From NCBI GenBank assembly GCA_026025795.1, contig JAPEUG010000175.1, forward strand, positions 1 to 33,909: a stretch of DNA of 33,909 nt, read 5' to 3'. Made by a program: the position numbers and the translations under genes. This document shows, piece after piece, positions 1-11,720 of this stretch; position 1 is the first letter of the stretch, and each line of letters starts with the position of its first letter. The DNA comes from Thelocarpon superellum (taxonomy: Eukaryota). The notes beneath the pieces are model-generated. The model had not been told where the DNA came from. It saw only the letters and a program-made list of their open reading frames with translations, and ran no database searches.

Positions 1-2427
1 ATCGGTTGACATTGATGCAATCCTTGAGGTATTGCAAGGTCCACTTTTCCCGACAAGACCCAAGGTCAAGGCCGGACATGATGACGGGGTGGCTTCGCTG
101 CAGGACCGTCTCGAATGCATCTTTGGATATCATGTGAATCCTTGGGACGTTGAGGGCCCACTGCTGAGGCGCCGCGCGGGTCGTGCCATCCGTGATCTCC
201 CGTTCCAGCCCGGTCTTTGGGCCACGCACTTGCTCACCTACTTTTCCCTCTTGTAGCTTCCAGCTTTGAGATGGATGTTGGACGGCCATCGTCCACATAC
301 CGTCATTCCAGTGAGTGCCGAAGGAGAAACAAACTGCGCCGCCGCCAAAAATCATGGTAATGTCTGAGGTGGAATAAGCCGAACAACCAATCAATAGCGG
401 CCGCGGCCGCGGGTAGCCCCGGTGGATGCGTTTCACAGAGAGGTCACGCCCAAGGAAGAGGATCTCATCCTCTTCCCGCGGTATCGCCCGTGGTCCAACC
501 CCGCCAAATACCAGCACGCCTTCGGGGGTGGGAGAGAGCGTCGCACCAAATCGACCGAAGCAATCGATGCCGGTTTTGGTGCGTTCCAGACAATCTTGAA
601 ATGTTATCGCGGTATCATCTCCTGGCTGAATGGCCCACTCCCAACAATGTGGAATGATCGTCCCTGTCGCGTCCATACCACCAAAGATAACGCCTTTCAT
701 TGTCGCTATCGTGAACATGGAGGCTCCGAACGTGGCCGGCGGTCGATGGCCGACAATCCGCAGCGTCTGCCAGCCGCCATGTGCCGTCCAAAGGAGCCAG
801 TCATCGAGGACTCTAGAGGCGTCACTTTTGCCACCACAGATCAGTACTCTGCCGTCCGGAAGTGCGGCCGCGGAATGGCGGTATCGCGGATGAGGCAGTG
901 GGTCGCATTCCACCCAGCGGCGAGTTGCTCTATCGTACAGCCAGCAGTCGGCCAAGGCATGGTCCGGCGAGCTTCGGCCGCCGACGAGCAGACTATGCTC
1001 GGGTCCGGTGGGTGTGATGGTGTGGCACAAGCGGGGGGAAATGCCTGCAGGAGCCAAGCTGACCCGATCACGGCCGGCCAACTGCTTCACCCAGACGTCG
1101 CATGAAGACGTTCGACTGATGGGGCCCATGCCGCCATGATTTGCAACCGCCCCATGGTCTGGGCTGAAGGCCGCGCCGAAACGTCTACGACCGCAGCCTT
1201 TGGGGTGAGCCTGGTAGACTAGCTGGACCTTCTCCTTCGTGCGCTCGAGCCCCAAGCTCTCGGCAAGCGTCTCTTTGCCATTAGGGCCTCGCGTCTTGTA
1301 GGCCACGAGACACAAATAATGGGAGGCAAAGAGTATAAATTCCTCCCATTCATCAAAGGGTTCGACAGCATTCACTGCCAATCGTTCTTCTGCGGTCATG
1401 AAGTCGTCATCGCTCCACATTGTCCAGAGATCCTGAACCGTCGACTCTACCCAGCCAGCGTCGGCAAAACGACGTCGCTGATCTTCTTTGGTAGGATATC
1501 GATGGATAGGGTGCAGAGCAGTCTGGAGTTTTTCAAAATGTCTTAACATCGTCTGGGCAAAGGGGTGGTCGGCTCCATCTGGCAGGCACTGCTCCAGCAA
1601 ACAGAATTGCGCTGCGGACCAGCATTCAATCAGCCATGAACGCGTGGACGAGCACTGAGTCCAGCATGCTCTTACCAGCTTCGTATCGTGTCGCCCACGC
1701 GATGAGAGCATCAGCCGTGTCGACGTCCATGTAAGTGATGGATACCTCCGCCGTAAATAGTACGATGCACCTGGACGGGTCAAATTGCCTGTCCAGTAAT
1801 TGGCCGAGCTTCGTAAGATCTCGTAGATCGCACCCCAGCGCAAGATATTCATCACTGCAGAGCAGAAAAGGATCCTCAACGTCGCCGAATCTAAAATTGT
1901 TCAATAGATCTCGCATCCCCAAGCAGGAGGCGATGATACTGCGTTTGTTCATCATAAGTGGCATAAAATCGACATCCACAAAGACAGTGCCCGTACAACT
2001 TTCGCGGTAGCGGGTTAGACATTGAAAGGGTAGCGGGTCACTACACCAGTCGATGAGCAATTCTGCGCGGCTGGTGCTTGGTACCACGGCGCGTGCTTAC
2101 TACCCGCAGCCCAGGTTTACAAGGACCTTTTGCTTCTCTGACGGCTGCTGGAGAAACTGTCGCACCACATGGTCAATGGCTTTCATTCGGAGCCAGTATC
2201 CTCGGTTGATCAAGGGCGAACGCCGTTGCGGCTTCTTGACGAAATGGCGGTAGAATTCGGGCTCATTCTTGAAATAGATACGCTCCACGCTGCGTTTGGA
2301 GACAATGCTGCTGTTGTTGGTCTCCAAAGCCCAAGTCAGCCTCCTCCACGTTCAACTGAAGCGAGAGGCTCACTCCCATGACTGCCTCATCCCGCCGCTC
2401 TGCTTGCCGTTTCCTGAGCGGAGGCAT
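1..2427 (-). CDS. PPM2: tRNA wybutosine-synthesizing protein 4 / leucine carboxyl methyltransferase 2 (LCM + Kelch + start of JmjC); 3' end lies beyond the window start
   Basis: Exons 2427-2374, 2321-2101, 2040-1676, 1611-<1. Motifs [61 protein letters not shown]; Kelch repeats ([24 protein letters not shown]); JmjC-like [17 protein letters not shown] at the window edge, in the same frame as the start of exon 4. Confidence 0.92.
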
Positions 2428-2866
2428 CTTAAGCCAGAGACGCGGGTAGGGATGGGCATGCGAAGAGCAGATTCGGAAGGAGTTCTCCAAGCAACAGCCG
2501 CTCTCTCTCTGTTCGTGGGCGTCAGCCGCGCTTAACCGGACAGACCATGTACTGGAGTCACGTGTACCCATTTATCTCGACCTGGACATGATGTCACCAT
2601 CCGTACACGAAGCGTGGGAGGTCGATCATACCGTTCTTAGTACTTGTCGAACCAACGCCCGAGTCTTACCACACAAAGCAAGAAATTTCTCGCTCGAACT
2701 AACTTTGGAATGCCTTGGGATGGAGCAGGTCTAGAGGTACAGGGCCCAAGTCCTCTGGCTGTTGAATCAGCCTCCCCGTGCGGTGCCGTGAACCCGGTCA
2801 GAGTGGCTAGCAGTGTATCTGCTTCCTCTCTTTCTGATCATCTTTCCAATTCAAAGTTGGGTAACG

Positions 2867-3823
2867 ATGTCTCCCACCGGCTGGTTGGACATTCATGGGC
2901 ACTTCACGCCCCCCCAATCGCCAGAAGAGGCACTGAGACGGTTTCAAAGCATGCATCAGGGCCTCTTCTTCGTGCCTGAGCCGTTCGAATGGGACGCAAC
3001 TGGCGTGCTCAGCTACCTCGACCGCGCCGGCATCACCATGCAAATGCTCTCTAACATTCCGATAAGCATACCGGCTCTCATCGCCTCGAATGACTATGGA
3101 GCCTTCATCGTTCGTCAACATCCCCACCGGTTCGGCCTTCTTGCCGCCCTCCCGACGGATGACCCTGATGCGGCGCTGGCCGAAATTTCTCGTACCACCA
3201 CCGCCTTCGCTCCGCCCGCCGATGGCTTTGCTGTTACGACGGTGTATAACGACACGTGGCTCAGCGATCCGATCCTGCACCCGGTCTGGACCGTCTTAAA
3301 TGAGCGAAAAGCGGTCGTTTTCGTTCATCCCAATGCATACGCCGATGCCGCTCAAGGCCGACCAGCGCCGCTCATCGAGGTGGCATTTGATACAGCGCGG
3401 ACGGTGGTTGACATGCTCTATCGTGCCGTCTTCCGACGGTACCCGGAGATCCATTTTGTCCTCGCGCACGCCGGCGGCGCCCTGCCCGCGCTGTCTGGAC
3501 GGCTTTCGCTGCTGGGGGCGGAGCAATGGGTCCCCAATCCAGAGCAGATCACCAAGCAGGAGATCGAGACACAGCTGGCACGACTGTACCTAGATACAGC
3601 CGCGTCTGCCTCCACCGGCCTGCCGCCCGCCATCCGGATGGTGGGGGCAGAGCGGTGCGTGTATGGTGCCGACTGTGGGGTGCCTTGCTCCACCGAGGCT
3701 ACCATGGAAGAGAATCGACTAGCCGTGCTCGACGTGGAGGCAAGAGAGGCGGGAAGCAAAGGCACGATTGGGCAAAACGGTTGGGCCCTCTTTCCAGCTG
3801 CCGCTACCAGAGCTGGCAGATAG
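2867..3823 (+). CDS. Amidohydrolase-2 family metallo-hydrolase/decarboxylase (ACMSD / 6-methylsalicylate decarboxylase-like), intronless
   Basis: Single ORF from ATG 2867. HxH metal motif (DIHGH), VVFVHP, FDTARTVVDM, LAHAGGALP, LYLDTA, VYGADCG. Confidence 0.9.
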   Translation: MSPTGWLDIHGHFTPPQSPEEALRRFQSMHQGLFFVPEPFEWDATGVLSYLDRAGITMQMLSNIPISIPALIASNDYGAFIVRQHPHRFGLLAALPTDDPDAALAEISRTTTAFAPPADGFAVTTVYNDTWLSDPILHPVWTVLNERKAVVFVHPNAYADAAQGRPAPLIEVAFDTARTVVDMLYRAVFRRYPEIHFVLAHAGGALPALSGRLSLLGAEQWVPNPEQITKQEIETQLARLYLDTAASASTGLPPAIRMVGAERCVYGADCGVPCSTEATMEENRLAVLDVEAREAGSKGTIGQNGWALFPAAATRAGR

Positions 3824-4012
3824 AGCGAGGTGCAAGCCAACACAGGAAGACGGGATACGAACAGGAAGAGCCTATCTTAGCTTCAAAATTTAAGCTGTTC
3901 GGTCTGATCTCACGAGTGTACCCAAGTCGGGCAGTCCATGGACCCGTCATGCTCAAGGTCGAAACGGTCCCTTACCTGAGTGGGCTATTTCGACTTTGTA
4001 CGGATCCGATGC

Positions 4013-4055
4013 CCTCGTAGATACCCTCGTAGAGCCTCGTAGAGCCTCGTAGAGC
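4013..4055. repeat. Short tandem repeat of a CCTCGTAGAG-like unit (~4 copies)
   Basis: cctcgtagatac cctcgtagag cctcgtagag cctcgtagagc seen directly. Confidence 0.8.
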
Positions 4056-4388
4056 AACCACCTGTCGGATCCATCTCGCGATTCCCTTGGCGAGTGTTGA
4101 TGGGGAAAGCAGCTGGCTAATGCGAGTGGAAGGCTGGGTGCAGGAGCTGGTGTGCAGAAGCGATCAAAGCTCGCTCGCTTTGCCGCAGTCTCGGCTCGCG
4201 CGCCTCGTTCCCGCCCCACCTCGCCCGAGCAACGGAACATCGTTGTACATCGGCAACCGCGCAATCCCCTCCGTTGGTCAGAATTTTGACAGTCGATGGA
4301 GTGGTAGTGCGCCTCATCCGCGGCGGTGGCCTCGAAGACTTTGGACATACAGGCCGCGTCGGCCACAACGGTGGTGCAAGGCGTCATC

Positions 4389-5942
4389 ATGGCGATGAAC
4401 TTCATCACCTTCAATCAGGACTACAGCTGTCTGGCGATCGGTAGAAGCTTGATCCGTGTAGCAGAGGACGCTCCCGACTGATCTCTGCAAAGGGACTTCA
4501 CGTGGCTTTCGAATATACTACACCGACCCCTTCTCAAAATGCTTCGAGAGCTCCGAGGGCAACATCGCCATCCTCGAGATGCTCTTCTCCACCTCGCTCG
4601 TCGCCTTCGTCCTCTCTCCGCGGCGGTTGCAGATTAAGAATACCAAAGTACGTGCTACTTTTGCTACTGCCCTCTTGCGCACGCCCCGTGCGTCTCCTCC
4701 GTGCTACGCTCGGGCGCTGTGCTGCGCCTGATCTTGACCCTGACCGTGAATGGATGTGCAGCGAGAAACGACCATCTGTGAACTTACTTTCCCGTCCTCG
4801 GTCCTATCGGTCCGTCTCAATCGAAAGCGGCTTGCGGTGATCTTGGAGGAACAAATCTACCTCTACGACATCAGCAACATGAAGTTATTGTACACGATCG
4901 AGACGTCGCCCAACCCAGGTGGTAGGCTGACCCCACCGTCCTTGGCCCAGCATGGCGCTGCTGACGGAGGGCAGCCATCTGTGCACTGGCACCGTCATCG
5001 ACGCATTGCTACCTGACGTATCCGCTCCCGAAGAAGGCCGCACCCACCTCCTTTACCCCGCCATCTCATGCCCCCCCGGGCTCGCCCTACGTCGCCCCTT
5101 CGAGCGGGGAAGTGCTCATCTTTGACGCGATGAAGCTCGAGGCGGTCAATGTGGTGGAAGCGCACCGATCACCGCTCTCATGCATCGCCCTGAACAGTGA
5201 GGGAACTCTGCTCGCGACCGCTTCGGACAAGGGCACCATCATCCGCGTCTTCTCCGTGCCGTCGGCGGAGAAGCTGTACCAATTTCGACGAGGATCGATC
5301 CCATCGAGCATCTACAGCATGTCATTTAACTTGAACTCCACTCTCCTCTGCGTGTCGTCCGCCACCGATACCGTGCACATCTTTCGACTGGGCCTGCCGA
5401 CCGAGCCGGCCGAGGCCTCGCCATCCCGTGGCCGCCTACGCCGACTGAGCACGGAGAGCGATCCGCCACCGGATGGGGGCGGCGCCGATGAGGGGAATGG
5501 GTCGCACGCGGTGCCACGGCAACATAACGGGACGCTAGGGAGCATGATCCGACGCTCCTCGCAAACCATCGGCAAGACGTTCGCGTCTTCGGTGAGCGGG
5601 TATTTGCCCACCGCCGTGACGGAGATTTGGGAGCCGACACGAGACTTTGCCTACATCAAGATTCCCAAGCGCCCCACCAGCGGACAGTCCTGGACCATGC
5701 CGCTCAAGAGTGTAGTGGCGATGAGCAGTAGCAGTCCGCAGGTCATGGTGGTGACGAATGAGGGCATCTTCTACGTCTTTAATATTGACATGGAGAAGGG
5801 AGGAGAAGGGGTGCTGGTGAAGCAGTACTCGTGAGTGGAGACGCCTGAACGTAAGGTCCGACGAGCTAATCCAGGCCGTAGGGTACTCGACTCACACGAC
5901 AAGCTAGGACAGTCGGCCCTGGACGACAGCCGGGCATTCTGA
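4389..5942 (+). CDS. ATG18: Autophagy protein 18 (PROPPIN WD40 phosphoinositide-binding protein)
   Basis: Exons 4389-4440, 4493-4647, 4762-4921, 4975-5830, 5882-5942, all [38 protein letters not shown] and the FRRG lipid-binding motif. Confidence 0.96.
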
Positions 5943-6481
5943 TGATCTGGTGGCGGAATTTGGCATCGTCTGGCGTCACGGATCAAGCCGTTCTCTGTCA
6001 TCTTGGCTCTTGGGAGAGATCAGTGTCGCACGATTCCCATTGCTGATGCCTTTTCCACTGACATTCGACCCCGACATTCGAGACCTATCTTGCCGTAGAT
6101 ATCTCCACGGTCGTGGACCTGGTTCTCCAATGACGGTTCACACACTATGCGGTCGATGAAGCAGCGCATGTCGTGGCTGTGCTTCGGTGACGGCGTGCGG
6201 TCACGCGCTTATCGTGGACAACGCGGAAAGCCTTTGTAGGAGTATGTTACTCGCACTGCTCGCCTCGTGCTTTCCACCTGACGCTGAGCGACTGAGGCGA
6301 GCAGGACCTCGGAGCTTCGAGATCTGATAAGATAGAACAACCCCACCGTTAATCTAGCGAGACCAACCGCTGGAGTTACCATACGTCAGCAGGCAGCCTC
6401 GAGCGTCCGGATGATGAAAGCTCTCGTAGCTCGGCCAGATTCGTGTCCCCCACCAGCCCGCACGATGCAAATTCATAAGCT

Positions 6482-6529
6482 AAGACTGTTGACCATATAA
6501 ATTCCTGAACCAAGACGTTGACCATATAA
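6482..6529 (+). repeat. Direct repeat AAGAC(T)GTTGACCATATAA x2 just upstream of the PI31 start
   Basis: Copies at 6482-6500 and 6512-6529, each ending in TATA-like CATATAA. Confidence 0.7.
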
Positions 6530-6556
6530 CATCACTTAACAATAAGCACTTCCACA

Positions 6557-7816
6557 ATGTCCGCGGCGGGAAATCCTCTCAGCGCCGGCTCGCTCGCCAC
6601 CTTCATGGCTGCGAGCTTGCCCCGGAACGAAGGACCACAGCTCCGGACCCCCTACGAGGCCGTCGCGCTGTTCAGCCACGCGTGCATGATCGCGGTGGGC
6701 TTCCGATTGATTGGTCTCGGCGAAGATGACAAGATTGGTAAGCCTCAATACGGTCTCCAAACATGTTGCTGCGCCGGGAGGAGGGAAACTGAGTGGTTAG
6801 ATGCACATCAAGATGCCGCCGATGTCCATCCGTTACCCGCCGCGTGGAATGTGTCCTCGGTGGTCGCCTTTCGCTACGCCCATTCGCAATCGTCTTTGGA
6901 GTATCTCATCAAAATCAACCGGCTTGGCTCCAAGGCCGTCGTGCTGGGAATAGGACTCGGCGACGAGAAGACGGCTTCGTTTGATGTCGCCGTCGACGAC
7001 TATCTCTCTCCTAGCTCTTTTCCCTTATCGCTTCCGGCCATTGACGGTGCGGTGGAGGCGAGTCATGTCCGTGCGTTGCAGGACGTCTTCATCTCGCCCG
7101 TCCGGATCGCCGACCTTGGCTCGCTCTTTAAGCTACGCATCATCCAGAAGCTGGCACCCGGGATTCACAAGCCGGGCTACGAGGAAGATCCCGATGCCTC
7201 CGAGCCTCGTTTTGGCGGCACGCCATCGAATCCGCACCAAGGTATTGAGGGGCCTCCATCTCACCCGAGTTTCCTGCCGTCGCCTGCGAGGCCCACACCC
7301 TTCCACGATCCACTGGTGCAGCCGCCGCGACGACCATTTCCTGCCGGGGAGCTTCCGCCGCCCGGTTTCGAGGATGAATACGAGGTCACTCGGCCACCAC
7401 GGCCGTTCCCTCCACGCCTTGGCGGCGAGGGTCGGAACCCGCTCAACATCGGCGCAGACGACCTCTTCCCACCTGGTCTAGGACCGTATGATCCGCTGCG
7501 CCCATCTTTTGGACCCGGGATGCCAGGGGGATTTGGCGGCGGCGGAGGCATGCATCCCACCTTCGATGACCCGCTGTTTGGTGGGGTTGGCCGTGGTCGC
7601 GGCGATGGGCGGTACGTTTCCCCATCTTCCTGAGAGAGTGTCGAGCTAACCTTTATCTTGACTTGCAGAGCCCCCCCGGGCGCACGCTACGATCCTGTCG
7701 GGCCTGGCGATGGGCCGCCCCATGAGCCGGGCTTCCGAGGTCCGCGCTTTCCGGGAGGTGGTGGAAGTGGACCCCCGAACCCGTTTGGCGGATTTGGTGG
7801 CGGCGATTTCATCTGA
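6557..7816 (+). CDS. Proteasome inhibitor/regulator PI31 (PSMF1/Fub1-like)
   Basis: Exons 6557-6737, 6801-7611, 7669-7816. FP domain (YEAVALFSHACMIAVGFRLIG, FRYAHSQSS); Pro/Gly-rich tail with IGADDLFP, GGMHPTFDDPLF, PPGARYDPVGP; ends GGDFI*. Confidence 0.93.
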
Positions 7817-8923
7817 GGATATTTCTAGTGCATTCGGACGGTAGTGCTTCACCCTGGCACGGTGGTTTGAAGCCAATTCACATGCTGACGACTTGATGAG
7901 GCCGGAGCATATTAGACATTAAATTGATGGATTATGAAGTAGCCTCTATGCGATTGGACGGCTGTGATTTACAGGTGCGTCGTCTTCTGATCCCGGCCGA
8001 GGGGTCGTGGAAGTTGGGGTTCGAGGCATACGGGCCGATGAAAACCTGTCCGGGCGAATGTGCTTGATGGGTAAAAGGGTGTGGCCATAAGCGTCGGAGG
8101 CTACACTTTGTCGTAGAAGCGGACTTATGCCATGAATTATATGGAGCACTGAAGCGACTAACCTCTAGTCGACTTGGCCGTACTTGGATGGTCTCGAAGA
8201 GAACTGATGGGAAGCTAACGTGCTGCACTTGGTGCGACGGGCACCGGAACTTTTAAGGAATCTTCGAGACGTGTTGTTGGAGAAAATGTACCAAATGTTG
8301 GATCTGAAACGTGGCCCGGGTGCCGGAACTCCTCCCAAGAGAATTGATCCGCATGCATCGACGGGTTCTGTTCCTGGACCTCGACCGAGAATGATTCTCT
8401 TGGATCGCTTTGCGCGCTGAATGGGACACGAATACCCTTGATCCCCAGCCCGCCGTCGGCATTTATTGTCCGAGGGCACCGAGGGTTTCGGACGACTGGG
8501 ATCGGCTCGTTGACAATGCCGACAACAATGTATGAGCCGGGTCGACGCACCCAGGACGCCTAGCGAGCGGGATTCTTGGTCGTATCGGCCACCCACTACT
8601 GGCGGGACACTATGGTCCCCCCACCCTCGACGTGGGTGGTACCGGGCGTAGCCGCTTCGTGGTAACCCTACCCGGCGGACAGTTCGCGATGGAGCCCAAT
8701 TCAGATGGATCGTCCGTCTCATTCCCCGTCTCACAATCGCCGCCGTCCGGCCTCCACCACAACTTCTGATCGACGGTCGGTATTACGTCGCCACGAGGTA
8801 CCTGTTGCCCCCACCGGGCCCACCGGGCCGCGACGATGGTCGGTATAAGTGCATGGCGGCCTTCAAGGAAATTCGTGCGTCGACTTTATCACGTCACGCG
8901 GCGTCCAGTCGTCCAAATTCATC

Positions 8924-10532
8924 ATGAATCAATTACCGACGGGCGCCGACTTGCAGTACCAGCTTGCTCACAATGACAATAACACTGGGCCGCCACTCAA
9001 CTACGTGAATGGCACGCTGCTCGGGCTCGCGACCGTCTCCGTCATCGCCCGCCTGTTCTCCAAGAAGCTGACGAGGGTCCGGTGGGGTTATGATGACTCC
9101 CTCATCGTCTTCGGCCTGGTGAGTGCGCTTGAGGAGCGGTGATGGAGATCATATGCTGACGAAAGAAAGATTGTGTCCTGCATGTTCAGCGCTACGCTCT
9201 TCTATGGTACGTGGTATGGTGTGGACCACTTGGCTGTTCTGCCGCTGGGAAATGCCGCCTCTGACCGTGCGCCAGCCACGGACCAAGGACTTGGAAGGCA
9301 TGTGGTCACGCTCGACCCGAATTACATGTACACGACGCAGCTGGTTCGTCTGTCTGCTCCAACTCTCACGACACTTCGCTCACGCTCTCCAGGCCCGGTA
9401 TATCCTAGAGATCCTCTCCGCAGTATGCATGATGGCGGTCAAGACGTCCATCATGATTTTCTACCACCGCATCTTCCCGTCCCGGGTCTTTCGGTGGTGG
9501 GTGGTAGCACTGCAGATCTTCATGACTTTGACGTTCATATCCGGCCTCCTCTGCATCATCTTTGCCTGCACGCCCATCAGCTACTACTACGACCCCAAGG
9601 TCGAGGGACACTGCATCAACCTCGAGACCTTTGATTTCGTGGAGGGAATCTTGACCATCGTCACGGACGTGTATATCCTCGTCCTTCCGCTGCCGATGGT
9701 ATGGAAGCTGCGAGTCTATCGGAAGCAGAAGTGGGCGTTGTCCATCATCTTCGTCCTCGGCGGATTGTGCGTCCACCTCCTCCTCTCCCTGCAACTGTAC
9801 CAAAGATTGACAGACTGGCAGTGTATGTTTTGCAAGCGCCAGCAAGCTTTCCATGATCCACTTGATTTGGTCAGATGATCAGACATGTACGAACCCTCTC
9901 GGCGTGCTCTTCACGATGACTGACGACAGGTTGGAATAGTCACGGGTTACTGGCCCGCCATCTGGAGCTTGATCGAGAATAATGTCGGCGTCTTCTGCGC
10001 TTGTCTCCCCACCTTGCGCCCTCTGATGCTCCGAGTGGGAAAGCGGACCATCTCTCGCCGGTCCAGTGACGGCGGTGCGATCGCCGACGCGCACGACCAG
10101 GGGCCACTACCATCAATTGTCGCGGCCCCGACCAAGTTTGGTCCCGTCCATCCAGGAGCGCTCCAGCCGTATTCCTTTGACCCGAAAGCGGACTCATCAG
10201 ACGACATTTCACAGCCATTCATCTTTCCTTCCAAAAATGTCTCCGATCTGACTCTGCTGCAGAACCCGGGCAAGGTGGAAGCGGCGCCATCACACTACAT
10301 CGCTTACAATCCGGCGCAACATTCTCGATCCAATCGCTCCATTTCGTCAGAGCACACTCGATGGTCATCACAAGGCACGACGTTGGGAAGCGTCAGCGTC
10401 AACGACTTTGACGAATTTGACTTTGATCTTCCCGACGAACTGCAATCGAGCTCAGCCCCACCGCGTCGAATATACCAACCACGACAACCGCCACCCATCT
10501 TGACCAACCCTTTCTCCGACCAGTACGCTTGA
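8924..10532 (+). CDS. PTH11-like (fungal rhodopsin-domain) integral membrane protein without CFEM
   Basis: Exons 8924-9118, 9170-9206, 9276-9343, 9393-9766, 9822-9886, 9940-10532. Motifs WGYDD, GLGRH, VKTSIMIFYHRIF, FACTPISYYYD..GHC, TDVYILVLPLPMVWKL, WSLIENNVGVFCACLPTLRPL. Confidence 0.9.
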
Positions 10533-11685
10533 CGGGTTGTGAGAACGGAGTGCAAGACTACGAGAGACGACTTATGTTTCGGGTCTGTTGCCGAGTACGG
10601 CGTACATGGTGGGGTGTTGGGGAAATACTGTCGCATGATGCGTATGGTTGGAACCGGGGGGAGCATTGGACGTGCCGGTCCCGTTTTATATACGGCCTGA
10701 TCAAGACCCATCAGGTAGCAACTAATAGGTAGGTGATCTCTTCCCAGAAGATAATCAAGACCATAGCAAACCGCACGCTCGAATCTCTCGTAAGATGAAA
10801 GGTATGCAGCGAGCGATGGGTGCCAGTCACGGAGATCATCTAGGTGATGTATGTGCGTGTACTCTACGCGGAATCATCATCGTCGTCACCACCATCACAC
10901 TGCTAGTACCACGCTGCTGCACAAGTATGAGTAAGATTCTAGCTTGATCCCCGCGCCTCTTCCGGAGCTTACTGTACCATCCTTACTGCATGTACGGAGA
11001 AACTACCGTGCATGACTGTGTGACCGTAGCTGCAGCCGAGTCTGATGACGCCTCTTGCATGTCATGTGGGTGCTCTTGCCCGCTCTCGCATTTGCATCCG
11101 TCCGTGCCACCGTCCCACCAGTGACAAGACTACCAGTCATTCCATGCAGTCAATCTATGGCACTTTTCGGTGGTTCGGCTCTCCGTCGGAGACAGGGGAG
11201 GCGCCGGGCACGCCGGAGATACTAGGGGCAGCCGGGGATGCAAGTGCTCGTACGGCACGGTACGAGATCCGCCAATTGCGCGGCATGCATACCCACACTT
11301 GTACTGTTCGATCGGGCGGGAAGGAAGGGAAGTAGGCACGGTAGGAGACCAAGATTCGACGAGTCATGCGGCGAGACCAACGGCGGCGCTCGCCGCGCGG
11401 CGCCACACCCCATCCAGTCAACCAGCCAACCAACCAGCCGCACGCATGCAGGCTCACGAACAATCAACCCTATCTTGCCTGGCGCTTTGACTTTGACCTT
11501 GAGGGATGCGGTGTGGGTCGGGGGGAGGGCCGTTCGAGTGGTGAAGAAGAGAGGAGAGGAGGCATACCGACGGCGTGACGCTATGCTGCAGGCTACCGCC
11601 ACGCTACGCTACGCGCCGCTGTGCTTCGGGGTCGCCGTACGCGCCCAGGCCGCCATTAACTTTGCCTCTCCGTGCATTGGGTTTT

Positions 11686-11720
11686 GCCTTGCCTTGCCTT
11701 GCCTCGCCTTGCCTTGCCTC
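11686..11720. repeat. (GCCTT/GCCTC)x7 pentanucleotide microsatellite
   Basis: Seen directly. Confidence 0.85.

Noticed and set aside
4013..4055. Short repeat array as CRISPR-like or a mobile-element end
   Set aside because: 10-nt tandem units without spacers, in a eukaryotic context; no transposase, LTR or TIR seen in the window.
6738..6800. Apparent protein insertions in the ORF track for PI31 (also YVC1 18527-18574 and VPS11 23115-23168)
   Set aside because: These are stop-free in-frame introns with GT..AG ends and branch-like sites.
8165..8734. Minus-strand ORFs between PI31 and the PTH11-like gene
   Set aside because: No recognisable family, no clear branch or acceptor signals, and no convincing ATG; cannot be supported.
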